From positions 124,806,001-124,870,000 of the forward strand of contig OZ024740.1 in assembly GCA_964016885.1 (NCBI GenBank): a stretch of 64,000 bases of DNA. Direction: 5' to 3'. The notes below the pieces were generated by a model, which worked only from the letters and a program-made list of their open reading frames with translations, made no database searches and was not told the DNA's origin. The position numbers and the translations under genes were made by a program. Below, piece by piece: positions 49,992 to 62,595 of the stretch. Source of the DNA: Eledone cirrhosa (Eukaryota). The number at the start of each line of letters is the position of its first letter. Positions within the stretch are counted from its first letter, which is position 1.

Positions 49992-52142
49992 TATCAATCT
50001 GTAGTCTGAGATCAAGTCCTGTTTGCATTAACTTTGACTTTCATCAGTCCAAGATTAGTGGCAAAGAGAATGTTTCATTCAATGCATGTTTATCATCATT
50101 TCTTTTTTTTGTTTTTACATCGATGTTTCGATGATGACACAGGTTATATAAGACGTTTTTGAACTAAATTTCTTTTATGTATGGAAGCCTTTCTTGATCA
50201 CCCAGACTTTACATATGACATATACAGCTTACACTTTAATCTGTGGAATGCATTGTGTAAGACAACTAAGTTTTGCTGCATGTTTTTATTACTGTCAGTA
50301 TAAACAAACACGAGCACACACACTAGCATACATACACAAACGTAAATATATACATATGTCATCATCATTTAATATCTGATCTCACTGTTAGCAACGTTGG
50401 TCAGGTTGTTGAGATCAACACAGTACTTAATCAGAGCTACTGCCCTCATAAGTTCGGTCTTCTTCTAAATACATTCAGGAGACATTGGTCAGACCAACGT
50501 TTTAGTAGTAAACGCTTGCCAAGCATACCATGATTAAAACAACACAGCAAAGGAAAATTCCTAATGCTTTTGTCACCATAATTCCAATGAAATACATAGC
50601 CCTTATGGTTCAATTAATTTTGAAAATAATGAAGAATATCAATGAATTTAGTAACATAGCTTAACTTAATTATAATATATTAAGCTGGTATTTGGCACAT
50701 TACTTAATAAAAGGATTTTACATAAAATTATGAAAAGTGTTAATATTAGTATGAACACTTCAAATTATGGAGTTTGGGATCATAAAACCAGGGGCAGTTT
50801 AAGGCATGTTGGTATCAAAAGGGTGAAACCTCTGCCTAGTGTTTCTTCTTTTTAAATAAGTATCTTCACACAAATATTATAATTGGATATTAAAATTTGT
50901 CTTGTGCTTATTCAATAATTTTTTTTGTCCGTTTACTGCCAGCAACAATTGACCAAGTGAAAAATCTTCCTGTTTATGACAAACTTGTCTTTTATTCATA
51001 TGTAACATATCGATGACAATATTATGTAATTTATTTTCCATTTAATTTGTAACAAAAACTATATGACCGAGATTTGGTTTCTATTTTTAGATGATAGAAT
51101 AACTACATATTGGATTGAGAAGTTCTTAATGACGTTGTACTGACTGTTGTTGGGCCCCAGATCTGAATTCTATCAGTCAGTCTATAATCAAAATCCTCCA
51201 ATCATGACCATCCCATCTTTTTGTCAAACAAAGGTTGTTCTGGTGTCATTACTGATTTTATGCAGTAAGCTGTGATTTGAAGAACATTGTGCAGCTATTT
51301 CTAGCAAGTGAAGCAACTCATAGAGGCTCTCTTGTTAGCTCAAGAAATTCTGATATAATTAATAAGTTGTAAGTCAGTAGAAGCAGTAAAACTCTGAACT
51401 GAGTCTTGTCTCTATATGTCCAAACTTTAAGCCTTATCTGGATCAACTTTGCTTTCTGTAATATCTAAGATTGATAAATTAATGACCATATATTGAGATT
51501 AATTGATACAATTCTGCCCCTCTCTTCCCCAATTCATTTCAGGCTGGTGTATTAATATAATGCTTTGTGTAAAAAGAAATCACTTATTAGAGATTGCCCT
51601 TGTTCTCAAAAGGATAACAGTTTGTAGGAAGAGATTACAATGGGTTTTAATGATTGCAGTTCTAACTTTGAATATAATTAATGCTATGCAGGAATCTCAT
51701 GATTAGTACTAATAAATCTTTGGTATTTTTGAAATATAATGAGTTCATAAATTCTCTTGGAGCTTTCAAAATCGAGATCATCTTCCAAATTAAGAGATAA
51801 ACAAATATGTTGCTTAATTCATTTTGGTGTTAGTCAGTGTGTATGTGTAAATATAAGCATAATGTAAAATCATTTAATTTGAACATTTTCTAATGCTGGT
51901 TGTGTGACAAAATATGCCCAGACCATGGTGAGATGGTGGGAGATATGTTTAACCAGCCTGTGCCAATATGAAAAGCGAAGAGTCAAAATAATGTGCCTCC
52001 CATTAACAATTTAGCTATAACAGTATTAATTGAAAATTTCATCTTCATATTGAGCATCTAATGTAATTTAACTAAACATCACTCATACATCTCTGTGGTA
52101 AAATCATAGGAAGATTTGAGCTTCCTACTTCACGTAAATGGA

Positions 52143-52520
52143 GAATGGCAGTATCGGTAGAGGGTTGGATTATGCTTTCCAGCATAGTTACGTCCCTTTA
52201 CGATCTGAGTTCAATTCCCGCTGAGGTTAACTTTGCCTTTCATTCTTACGGGGTCGATAAAATAAAGTACCAGTAATGTACTGGAATATTTGCTGGCCTT
52301 GTGCCAAAAACTAGAAACAATTATTTGATCATCAGTGGGTTGGCAGTATTGGTAGAGGGTCAGACGTCATGCTTTCCAGCATAGTTACGTCCATTTACGA
52401 TCTGAGTTCAAATCCTGCCGAGGTTGACTTTGCCTTTCATCCTTACGGGGTCGATAAAATAAAGTACCAGTAATGCACTGGGTAATTGCTGGCCTTGTGC
52501 CTAAAGTAGAAACAATTATT
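52143..52520 (+). mobile_element. Two tandem ATT-tailed SINEs, the second inserted at the tail of the first
   Basis: Copies at 52143-52325 and 52337-52520. The TSD ATTATTTGAT(C/A)ATCAGT is at 52320-52336 and 52515-52531. Confidence 0.9.
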
Positions 52521-55500
52521 TGATAATCAGTCCTGAATGAGCTAACATATGATCAAAGGCATTCCAATTATGTTTATCCCATCCTATGTTCTGTTTCGTG
52601 TATGGTACATTCAAAATTTATATTATACAATGTGTTCTTCCATTGATTTAAATTCTGGAAGTTTGGGTTATTATTTCTAACAATTTAAGTGACCTCATAG
52701 AGATTCTCATCATCATTGTAATTTCAACATCTGCTTTCCCTGTTAGTAAGGGTTGACTTGAATGATTATAAATTTTATTGCATGAAAAGATTTGCTCTTT
52801 CATATTATCAATTTAGCCATGCATGGACTGGAATATAAAAGTAAAGCCTTCAACATGGACACAATATCACAGAAGGGGTGGAATTTGAATCGTGCACAAT
52901 GGTTATGAGGGAAGGGGGGAAGATTTAGCCTAGAAATTAATGATGGATTGACTCATCCAACATTGCATTATTATGAATAAAATATATTGAAATTCTTTTA
53001 GACGTCAATAATGCAATTAGAATTAATAATGGCATATACAATTAGCTGCTTACAAGTTTTTTTGGTTTCCTTGTGTATATTGTTGGTTTTATCATTTAGT
53101 CTGAATTTGTTCAGATTCAGCAGACCTATACTCATGTGAACACTAGACATGACCATACTGTTGTTGTTTTTTTTTATTTTCAAACATAATATATTTAGGT
53201 TTACGTTATTCAATATACCTTTCAATTTTTAAATATAGTAGGGCATGATTTAGGGAGATTTCACTGCTACTTCTAGCATTTTGAGTGACCATGCAAAATC
53301 CACCCTTCATGTCAATATATATTTCTGCTCTTACTCAAACAAGTTGCCAGTAGGTAGGTAGAACAGGTCACTTTTTGTCATGCCACCAACATGGTCGTCT
53401 TACAGGATGGAATGGGTACTTATTTTTGTGTTACCAGATTGACCACATTACAGCGTGGACTGGGCATTTTTTGGCATGTCACCAGCACGACCACTTTGCA
53501 ATATGGACTGGGTGCTTTTTTCTTATGTCATCTTATTTTTCGCTTGGAATAATACAATTATCACTGGAATGTAACTGTGAAATTATATTGGTGCCCAAAC
53601 ACAATACTATTATTAGCTGTTGGCAATGATATATTTTGTGTTTGCTTTTCAATACCAATATCAATTAGACAGCTTTGTACAACAATATCCTTTTCCATTC
53701 TTCATGTTATTTGACTAGTGTTTTAACTGTGTATAACCAATAATCTTACAAATCAGTCCCAATCATCCCTTTGCAATTTCCCACAAACTGTCTCTAATCT
53801 GGTTAACCTTCTCCTGTGGAGTGCTGGTGATTCGATCATATTTGTTAACATTGTTTGACTTGAGCTATCTTACTACAGAAATAACACAGTTCAACATTTC
53901 TTCTTGCCTTTAACTCATAGATAATTGGAATAAGGAGGAGATGGATAGGAAGTGAATATATGTGCCTGAATCCATGCCTGTATGTATATGTAGGTGTATG
54001 TGAAAGAGGGGAGAGAAAGAGAGAAAGGGAGAGGCAAAGAGAGATATAGAGAAGAATCAAATGAATATTCAGACAAATGTAGTTGGCATCAACATAAGGT
54101 TCATAAGAACATTTCAAAACAGAATTTCTTTTAAAATCTATAAATAATCTAAAATGATGTCAAAGCCAAATAGAAAAGTTGGAGGTTTATGCTTTTGCCA
54201 AGGGCATTAGCTTTTATAAGTGCAGTAATTAAATTTATAATGAAGTTCAGAATAATGGTTTCCGCTATAGGTATGAACATTCTCCTTTGAAAGAGGTGTT
54301 CACATCACTTTCTGTAAAGATTATAAGATGTATAAGTAAAAAATTATAATGCAAATCAATTTTTGTTACCATTCGCAGAAAACTGATATTTAAAATCACC
54401 ACCTCACCTCCTTGTGTACCTTTATCAGAGTCCTCTCTATTGCAAGCATTCAGGCCAGGTTTCCAGATTGTGGGTACCCTTCTCTCACCAATCTCAAATA
54501 TTCTGATAAAAGTCATGGTTATTGCCCTCCTCTTCCTGATTGTACAGTGAACAAAATATCCTTTTAACCATTTTGTTCCTAACTGCATGAAACAACCTAT
54601 AGGTCTATGATACAAAACAATTTATTTAAAGTGTTTAGATTAAAATCTTCCATCAACATTTTATTTAAGAACCTTTGTAATATTTCTAACATCAACTTAA
54701 TAATGAAAAAGTTATTTTACCTCCAAATTATTGATTAACTTCAAAGTTATTTGAAAATCATAGGTAGCCATTCATTAGATATATGGTATGGAAAGAAGTG
54801 ATTTGATGCATTATTTTCAAGATACTGCATTTGATGGTTCAGCTTACTTAACTATAAAGAAGCGCATTGTTATAAGCAGCTGGAAAATTGTATAACTAGT
54901 GTGTAAACATTAGCCTTTTATTATAAATATGCTCACATAAAAACCCTACTAAGCCAATTCAATTATCATGATGGCTTTTCTAGCCAATTCAATTTGAATT
55001 TATATTTTTTAAATTCTGTTTAAAACTACACATATATACATTAGAAACATGACTTTTGAACTCTAGTTTTTCATACTCATATAAACCAGATTGTTTTGAT
55101 TTAGAAAGTTTATAGGAACAATTCATTTTACATCTTGATGCACTTCTTTCCAGTGGCTCAATTGTGAAATAGTTAAACATATTTTGTATATTAATATTAA
55201 TGGATTTATGTTGAATTATGGTCTTACTAGTCATTTAACTAGTACGGACTTATATCTCTCTTGATACTTTGTGCACAGGAATGGGATTGCATAATATAGA
55301 GCTCAGGATACACAACAGCTTGAATAGGCTGCTGGAAAGATGCATATGAGAAAGCATCACAGAAAAGAGATAGGGACGGTAAATGGAGTACATAAAAAGA
55401 ATTAATAAAAATCCTATGGCAAGAAACATAACAGGATACAATGTAGGCAAGTTGTGCAAATGGTAACATGCAAAGGAAGGAAATGTAAAGAGAGGTTTGA

Positions 55501-55726
55501 CAAAAAAGAGGAGAAAGAAAGAGAGAGCCATTACACTAATAAGTAAACTGTTAGTTAAGAAAAGAATGAATGCATAGCATTAAAGTAAAAATAGAGAGTA
55601 AAGTTGCATACAGAAAAAAGATGAAATGTTTTGGAAGGACCAACAAAAGCATCCCTCTTTCTTGTCAGCCACACCTTGGATAATGCAATATAGATATATA
55701 AATACATACTTATATACATTCATACA

Positions 55727-55751
55727 AACACACACACACTTCACACACACA

Positions 55752-55805
<54 letters not shown>

Positions 55806-55822
55806 CACACACATATATATAT
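55727..55822. repeat. (CA)n(TA)n microsatellite
   Basis: Direct inspection. Confidence 0.95.
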
Positions 55823-55827
55823 AATAC

Positions 55828-57900
55828 AAGTTCCTTTCGCAAACACCCTAACACCTTTCAAACTAAACTTAGAAATGATATTAAGAATAACACTTTCGTT
55901 CTTTCCGACAAAACTAATATTATATATGAAGTCGACAACACCACTTACAGCCACTTGTCCCATAACGCTATTACTTCCAAATATCAGAAAGCTAACCCTA
56001 TTGCCCACCACTACATTAATACAGAAGTCAAAGAAATTGCCGCCGCCCTTAAGGTAGATAAGAAGCTACAATCTCTAGCTAAGCGGGAGGCGTTCTTCAC
56101 CCTGAAAGATCACGAGGTAGACTTTACTTCTAACCCCAGATGTAAATTAATAAACCCGGCACGCACAGACATGGGACTAGTCAGTAAGGCCATACTTAGA
56201 AACATAGTTAAGACCATTAGGACCAATTCCAACCTGTCCCAGTGGGGGAACAGCGACTCCGTAATTACGTGGTTTAACTCCTTCAAATCCCCAAAAGCGA
56301 AGTTCACACAGTTTGATATTGTTGATTTTTACCCATCGATCTCAGTGACACTGTTAAACAAAGCTTTGGACTTACACTACCGGCCATAGTTTAGACAGCG
56401 AAATTATCGCCCACTGCCGGAAAACCCTCCTCTTCAACAACAGAGTAGCCTGGGCAAAGAAGTCAACAAATTCAGACCTGTTCGACGTCTCCATGGGATC
56501 GTTTGACAGTGCTGACGTATGCGACTTGGTTGGCCTATTTATTTTAGACCTATTACGTGTTAGATTCCCGGACTTCCACACGGGAATATACCGCGACGAT
56601 GAACTGACCTTATCCAGACATAAAAGTGGTCACGACTTCGACCGGTTTAAAAAATACTTACCTTCTACCTTCAATGAGTTAGTACCTAGGGTAACAGTAG
56701 CTTCCAACCTCTCTAGCGTAGATTTCTTAAACATTAATTTAGATATTCGCACACACACCTACAGACCCTCCCATAAGCTTAACTAAAAACTCAATTACAT
56801 TCACAAGGATTCATGCCACCCTCCCACTGTTTTTAGAAACTTCGTAAATAATATCAGTACTAGAATCTCAAATCTTTCCTCTAATAAGGCTATCTTTGAC
56901 AGAGTGGCACCCTACTATAACACGGCGTTAGCTAACAGCCGCCTCTCGCACACTATTACTTACTCTCCCACTAATAGCAACAGCAATAAGAAAACAAATC
57001 GTAACAATAGACAAACTATCTTCCCTTCTCACTCAACGTTAAAACCAATGTAGGCAAAAAATGTCTAGGCCTCTTAGGTAGACACTTTCCCATAGGTCAT
57101 AAATACCGTTCCATCTTTAACCGACACAAAGTAAAACTAGGATACTCCTGCGCTAAGAACATGAAGGCCCACATCACCAACAGCCCTAAGAGCAACACCC
57201 CACCAGGGTGCTATTGCCGTAAGCCCGAAGATTGTCCCCTTCAACAGCAATGCAACCCACCCGCTGTAATTTATGAAGCCGTGGTCACTTCCAACCGACC
57301 AAATCAACCACAGGAGGTCAAATCCTATGTGGGTATGGTGGAGGGCCGATTTAAGGAATGCTTCCTTAACCACAAGTTGACCTTTAGGTACCCGGACAGA
57401 CGTTCGTCCACGAAACTCGCGAGCCATGTATGGTCCCTCAAGGACTCATGTATAGACTACTCCATCCAATGGAAAGCCATCACTGAGTCCAAGCCATACG
57501 CAAGGGGCAATCCGTCGTGTGGACTATGTATTGATGAACGAATAAATATTATAAAGAGATTACGCAATAGCGATTGCCTAAACTCAAGAAATGAATTCTT
57601 AGTACGTTGTCCATATATGTCTGGAAACACCTCTTTCATAACTACAAAGCTCCGGATTGAATTACAACAACATCCTAATTTTCTTATCAACTAGAAACTT
57701 TCTGACTTTCGCAGTTATCTCCCTTACACCTCTCGCACGCAATTTAGTATTGCCAGAGTGAAGTGACCGTTTCTGCGCATGCGCGTTCGTACAATTGTCC
57801 TTCCTGTTCCATAAAACCATGTATATTACGAGCTGAGGATCCGCTAAGGTGAAACAATTGTTCTCGGTATGGTGAACTAACTGTTATGTAACCACTTCTA
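55828..57900 (+). mobile_element. Decayed Penelope-like element (RT + GIY-YIG), Naiad-type linker, with a 3' hammerhead
   Basis: SDKT, TLKDH, FDIVDFYPSI, MGS and YRDD; linker CYCRKPEDCPLQQQC (CxCx5C); VIYEA..YVGM..RF..H, CGLC..E and LNSRNE. Frameshifted and flanked by microsatellites. Confidence 0.9.
57829..57866 (+). ncRNA. Minimal type I hammerhead ribozyme with a palindromic stem III
   Basis: CGAG-CTGAGGA-TCC-GCTAA-GGT-GAAAC-AATT-GTT-CTCG. Stem I is CGAG/CTCG and AACAATTGTT is self-complementary. Confidence 0.8.
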
Positions 57901-58080
57901 TAATATATATATATATATAAATTTGTTTTGCAAGGCTTTTGATATGAAATGTATTGAAACAAATATTATTTCTTATGAATAAAACAGTTCTAGTCCTGTA
58001 GAAGTTATTTCTATAATAGAATTATATTATATATTTCTGGCAATATTATAAAAATATTACCATCCCCATATATAACAATT

Positions 58081-58460
58081 ATCATCATCATCATCATCAT
58101 TTTACGTCCACTTTTTTCTGCTTGCAAGAAGACCCCCTTCTATCGTGAATGACCATGGGATTGGCACCTAGAAAGTTCCCCTCTGAGGTACAAGTCCGGG
58201 TGAGGTTGTTTGTGGAAGACCAGCAGTAGCCAATATATACCAGTCTCCCTCTCCACACCACCGAATTTGTCCTAAGGAAAGGCAATGACTGATACAGCTT
58301 GGTACCAATGATGTTGCAATTAGTATCTACAAATGAGTGAACTGGAGCAATACGAAATAAAGTGTCTTGCTCTAGAAAATAATACAAAGCCTGGTCCGAG
58401 AATCAAACTCACAACCTCGCAATTGTAAGCCCAATACTCTAACCAACAAGCTATGCACCT
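58081..58460 (-). mobile_element. tRNA-derived SINE with a CORE-like body and an RTE-type 3' tail
   Basis: Head GCATAGCTTGTTGGTTAGAG..GAGTTTGATTCTC, then GAGCAAGACACTT..TGCTCCAGTTCACTCA. The tail GGACGTAAAAT(GAT)n is shared with the RTE copies. Confidence 0.75.
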
Positions 58461-58573
58461 TATACTGTTTCATTCATAAAAAATCCTCAGAGTTTCTTAC
58501 AAATAAAACAGTTCTCGTAATGTAGAAATTATCTTTATAATAATATGAGTATATATATGTATATATAGAGATA

Positions 58574-58945
58574 TCATCATCATCATCATCTATGTTTAAC
58601 ATATATATTTCCGTGCTAGCATGGGTTAGACTGGTTGTCTTCTCGTGAGAAATGGCAAGTCATGTGACCATGTCTTGCTCATACAGAATTGTTTTTCGCT
58701 TAGTTTCTACAGCTAGCTGCCTTTCCTAAAGCCAACCAAATTTACAGTGAATACTGGGTGCTTTTTGTTGTGACACCTACATGACCCCTTTACAGTGTGG
58801 GCTGGGTGCTTTTTGTCATGACATCTACACAAACACTTTACAGTGTGGACTGGGTGCTTTTTTACATGTTGCCATCACGAAGACTTTACAGGGTGGGCTG
58901 GGCACTCTTTGTCATGTTGCCATCATGAACACTTTACAGTGACGA
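58574..58945 (-). mobile_element. RTE-type 3' UTR with a 48 bp tandem repeat
   Basis: TTACAG units at 58742, 58790, 58838, 58886 and 58934; similar to 3420-3665 and 53375-53530. Confidence 0.75.
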
Positions 58946-59960
58946 ATGGAAGCTTCACTAGATGTATGCTTCAGCCTGTCCTTATGGGAGTTGTATGGAA
59001 AAGTGGGGTAGATTGGAGAGGGTGCATGCTGTAAGTATGCTCCAGCTTCAACCTGTTCCCATACACAGACGCTCTAACAACAACAAAATTCCTCTCACCA
59101 TATCCTGATTTCAACCAATTCTTGAATCGAAGATTTGTTCAGATCTGTGACATAAGAGAATAAATAAAATATTAAGCTCTAACCGTGAAAATGATATGCT
59201 GATCCCAAAGTGAAGATATTCACTTTCATTAGTGATAATAAATGCAAAATATAATGCAAATATATTTTGATATAATAAAATTATCCATCAACTAAGGAAT
59301 TGTATTAAAAAATCAAAACTCCAGATATTATGGTATACAAACAACCCTTAATTTATGGTTTTACTTTCTTTTTGTGGATCATAAACACAGAAGTTTTATT
59401 ATTTCTGTCATTTTAAAAAATCTTTTCTTATTGCAGTATATCAACAAATATATTTTCTTTTGCTTTTTCCTATTTTGAATCAATTAATCAATTATTTTCA
59501 AAGCATGATCTCCATAAATATTAACAGTTTTATTACATATTTACCACTAATAACTATTATCATATGAAATGATTGTTTTATTTTAATATAAATATATATC
59601 ATAGATTTTGCATAATGAAAGAAGAAGAAGAAGAAGAAGAAGAAGAAGGGGTGGTGGATAAGGAGGAGGCGGAGGGGGATGATGATGATGATGATGATGA
59701 TGATGAGGAGGTGGTGGATGGGGATGATGATAATGGTGATGATAAGGAGGAGGGGGAGATATGTAATATAGTAATAATCTAAACTATAATAAAGTAAGGA
59801 GTGCGGGACTGCGTCCAGAATATATTTTTTTTATTCCGTTTGTAAAATAAGTTGGATTACTTTGAATAAATGATGAATGAATATTACATAATTTATCTAC
59901 TAAATTTCGTTATTCTTGATTAAATATAAATCACTGTGTAGCTTATTTTAAGATTCACTT

Positions 59961-60760
59961 CATCATCATCATCGTTTAACGTCCATCTTCCACACTTGCA
60001 TGGCTTTGGACGGGAGTTTTCCCACTTGAGGCAAGATTTGTTGTCCTACTCGTATAGGACTGCCTGGCGGGTTCTCTACAGCTGGATGCCCTTCCTAACA
60101 CCAACCACGTTTACAGTGTGGACTGGGAGGTTTTTACCGTGTTACCTACACGGCAACATTACTGCGTGGACTGTGTGATTTTTTGTCGTGACACCTACAC
60201 GACCTCATTTGTTTCGGACTGGATGTTGTGGTACCAACATAACTTCACATTTAAGGGGGTGGTGTGGATGGGGTGGGGGTAGCGAGACGGGGTGTATTTT
60301 GTTAGAGGTGCCTACTGACTGTAGGTTTCGCTTTGTACTTAGGCAAGGCGGGTCTTTGTATGACTGTGTAGCGCCAAAGATCTCGGTGACATTGTCTTGG
60401 AGAGGTGTAAGTGTGTGAGGTCGGAATTTATCAAGACGTCGCAGGTTTTTCTGGGTCTGCCTACTCCATGGCTAGCGTCTATTTGTATCGCCCTGCACAT
60501 TTTTATACAGCTGTCGTCTTTCATGCGCATCACGTGACCGTACCAACGTAGTCTTCTCTCGAGTAAACAACATCTGATCCCTCTTATTCCTAATTTCTCC
60601 CTTAGTTCGTTTATGCTTTGCCATTCACGTATATTACTATTACACATCCAGCGGAGCATGCAAGCTTCGTTTCTCTCCAGTCTGCGTATATCCTCTGCAC
60701 ACAATGCCCAGGTCTCACTGCCATGTAACATTGCTGTTCGTATGCAGGCATCATACAGCC
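59961..60760 (-). mobile_element. 5'-truncated RTE copy, same family as 3407-5678
   Basis: Nearly identical to 3415-4226. Confidence 0.92.
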
Positions 60761-61281
60761 TGGTGCCTGCATACGAACAGCTCAAATGTCAACACTTCCG
60801 GTTAGCGATCGCTTAAATGAACATTCATATATTTCCGTTATAATTTTCTCCTAAGGCAGTTTATATATAATATCGTCTTTTTTAAATGTATCATGGATTA
60901 CGTTACTGATTACATAAGACAGTGTAACACAGTCTTCGTTCAATGTCTGTGTACATTGTCAATTACGATTTTGTTTGATGTATCATATCTACATGCATAT
61001 ATACTTGCGTATAATATCAATATGCACACAACATATGTTAACAGAAAATCACTCAAAGTGTGGTTTTTCTGCTAGTAACTGTAATTAAAGTAAGGTCAAA
61101 AGAGAAATACAAATAGTGTTGTCAGGAATCAGACTTCGGCAATTAGAAGTGGTGGGAGCTGCAGCAATAATTTTAATATTAACTGGGTGCATACATGGTT
61201 ACAAATTTAACATGGTTTATATAGATATATATAGAGAAAAGTTCACATTTTTGTCTGCTGTTTCCTGTCTTTCTCTCTTGG

Positions 61282-61344
61282 TGTTGACCAAAGCTGTGTC
61301 TTTATTAATAGTGACTATTAATAGAGACACGGCTAAGGTCAACA
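61282..61344. repeat. 63 bp near-perfect hairpin within a TA-flanked ~150 bp unit
   Basis: TGTTGACC-AA-AGCTGTGTCTTTATTAATAGT-G-ACTATTAATAGAGACACGGCT-AA-GGTCAACA. Confidence 0.8.
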
Positions 61345-61648
61345 AAGGCACTACCCAAGGTTTAAAGTTCCTACATATATATACATATATACTAATATAT
61401 ATATATAACAAAGGAATTCTGGTAAGGAACCAGATGGACCGTACTGCACCAGAGTACTCAATACTTAGGGTAGTAGAGTGGGAAATAGGGAAAAATGTGA
61501 CCCCGACGGCAGAGCTCGAGTCGTTTCCTATATATATATATATATATCATCATCATCATCGTTTAACGTCCATCTTCCACGCTTGCATGGGTTTATATAG
61601 TAATAATAATAAATTTGAAGACTAAAATCCAAATCTGTTATTTTAATA

Positions 61649-61669
61649 AATATATATATATATATACTA

Positions 61670-61701
<32 letters not shown>

Positions 61702-61728
61702 ACTAATATATATATATATATATATATA

Positions 61729-61774
<46 letters not shown>

Positions 61775-61782
61775 TATATATA

Positions 61783-61845
<63 letters not shown>

Positions 61846-61960
61846 ATAATAATAAATTTGAAGACTAAAATCCAAAGAGGGCTCGATAAGGATAAATATA
61901 TATCAAATATATAACCGTGAAAGCAGTGATTCTTTGCTTAAACTTTAATCGGTTATTTTA

Positions 61961-62027
<67 letters not shown>

Positions 62028-62040
62028 TATATACTAATAT
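61649..62040. repeat. (TA)n-rich microsatellite region
   Basis: Direct inspection. Confidence 0.9.
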
Positions 62041-62595
62041 ATTAGTTTATAGTGCGTTAGTTCACAATTTTCATTGGTAATATAAGTTATGCTTAATGCC
62101 TCTTTTACATTTCATTCTTCAGGAGCGAATAGTTATAGTAGCCAAGCATTTATACATCTTGAAAAAATCTTTTTTCTTACAATAATAACTCATTTGTAGT
62201 TTGTGAATCTATAATATGCATAATATTATAAACATAAATACATATTCCGATATGTAGGATACAATAATATCTGTACATACTCTCTGGGATGTATAAATTT
62301 TAATAAAATGTTTTATTAAAATAATTATTCATTTATAGTTTGAGAATTTGATGTAAGAATTATACTTTTGGCATTAGTAGATCTTGTGGTATTTACGATA
62401 TGAAAGTAAACATTAAAATGTTATCTCATGAAAACGTTTAATATAACCAATTGTATGTAACACACACATCAACTCTTAATTTGCATGTCCACTAACTATG
62501 TTCACAAGCATGTGCTTTTGCTTTTTTGCTTTTTCCATTTATGTACAATAAATCCAATGTATTTCTTGCTTTGATGTTAAACAAATTGTTGTTTA

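Noticed and set aside
57200-57620. Selenocysteine-coding Naiad element
   Set aside because: The linker and CxxC cysteines are TGC/TGT. The TGA at ~37805 in the other PLE fragment falls at a Trp position, so it is simple decay.
58742-58945. Regularly spaced repeats as a CRISPR array
   Set aside because: These are whole 48 bp tandem units without unique spacers, there are no cas genes, and the context is a eukaryotic LINE UTR.
59573-59782. Acidic poly-E/D ORF
   Set aside because: Translation of GAA/GAT microsatellites.
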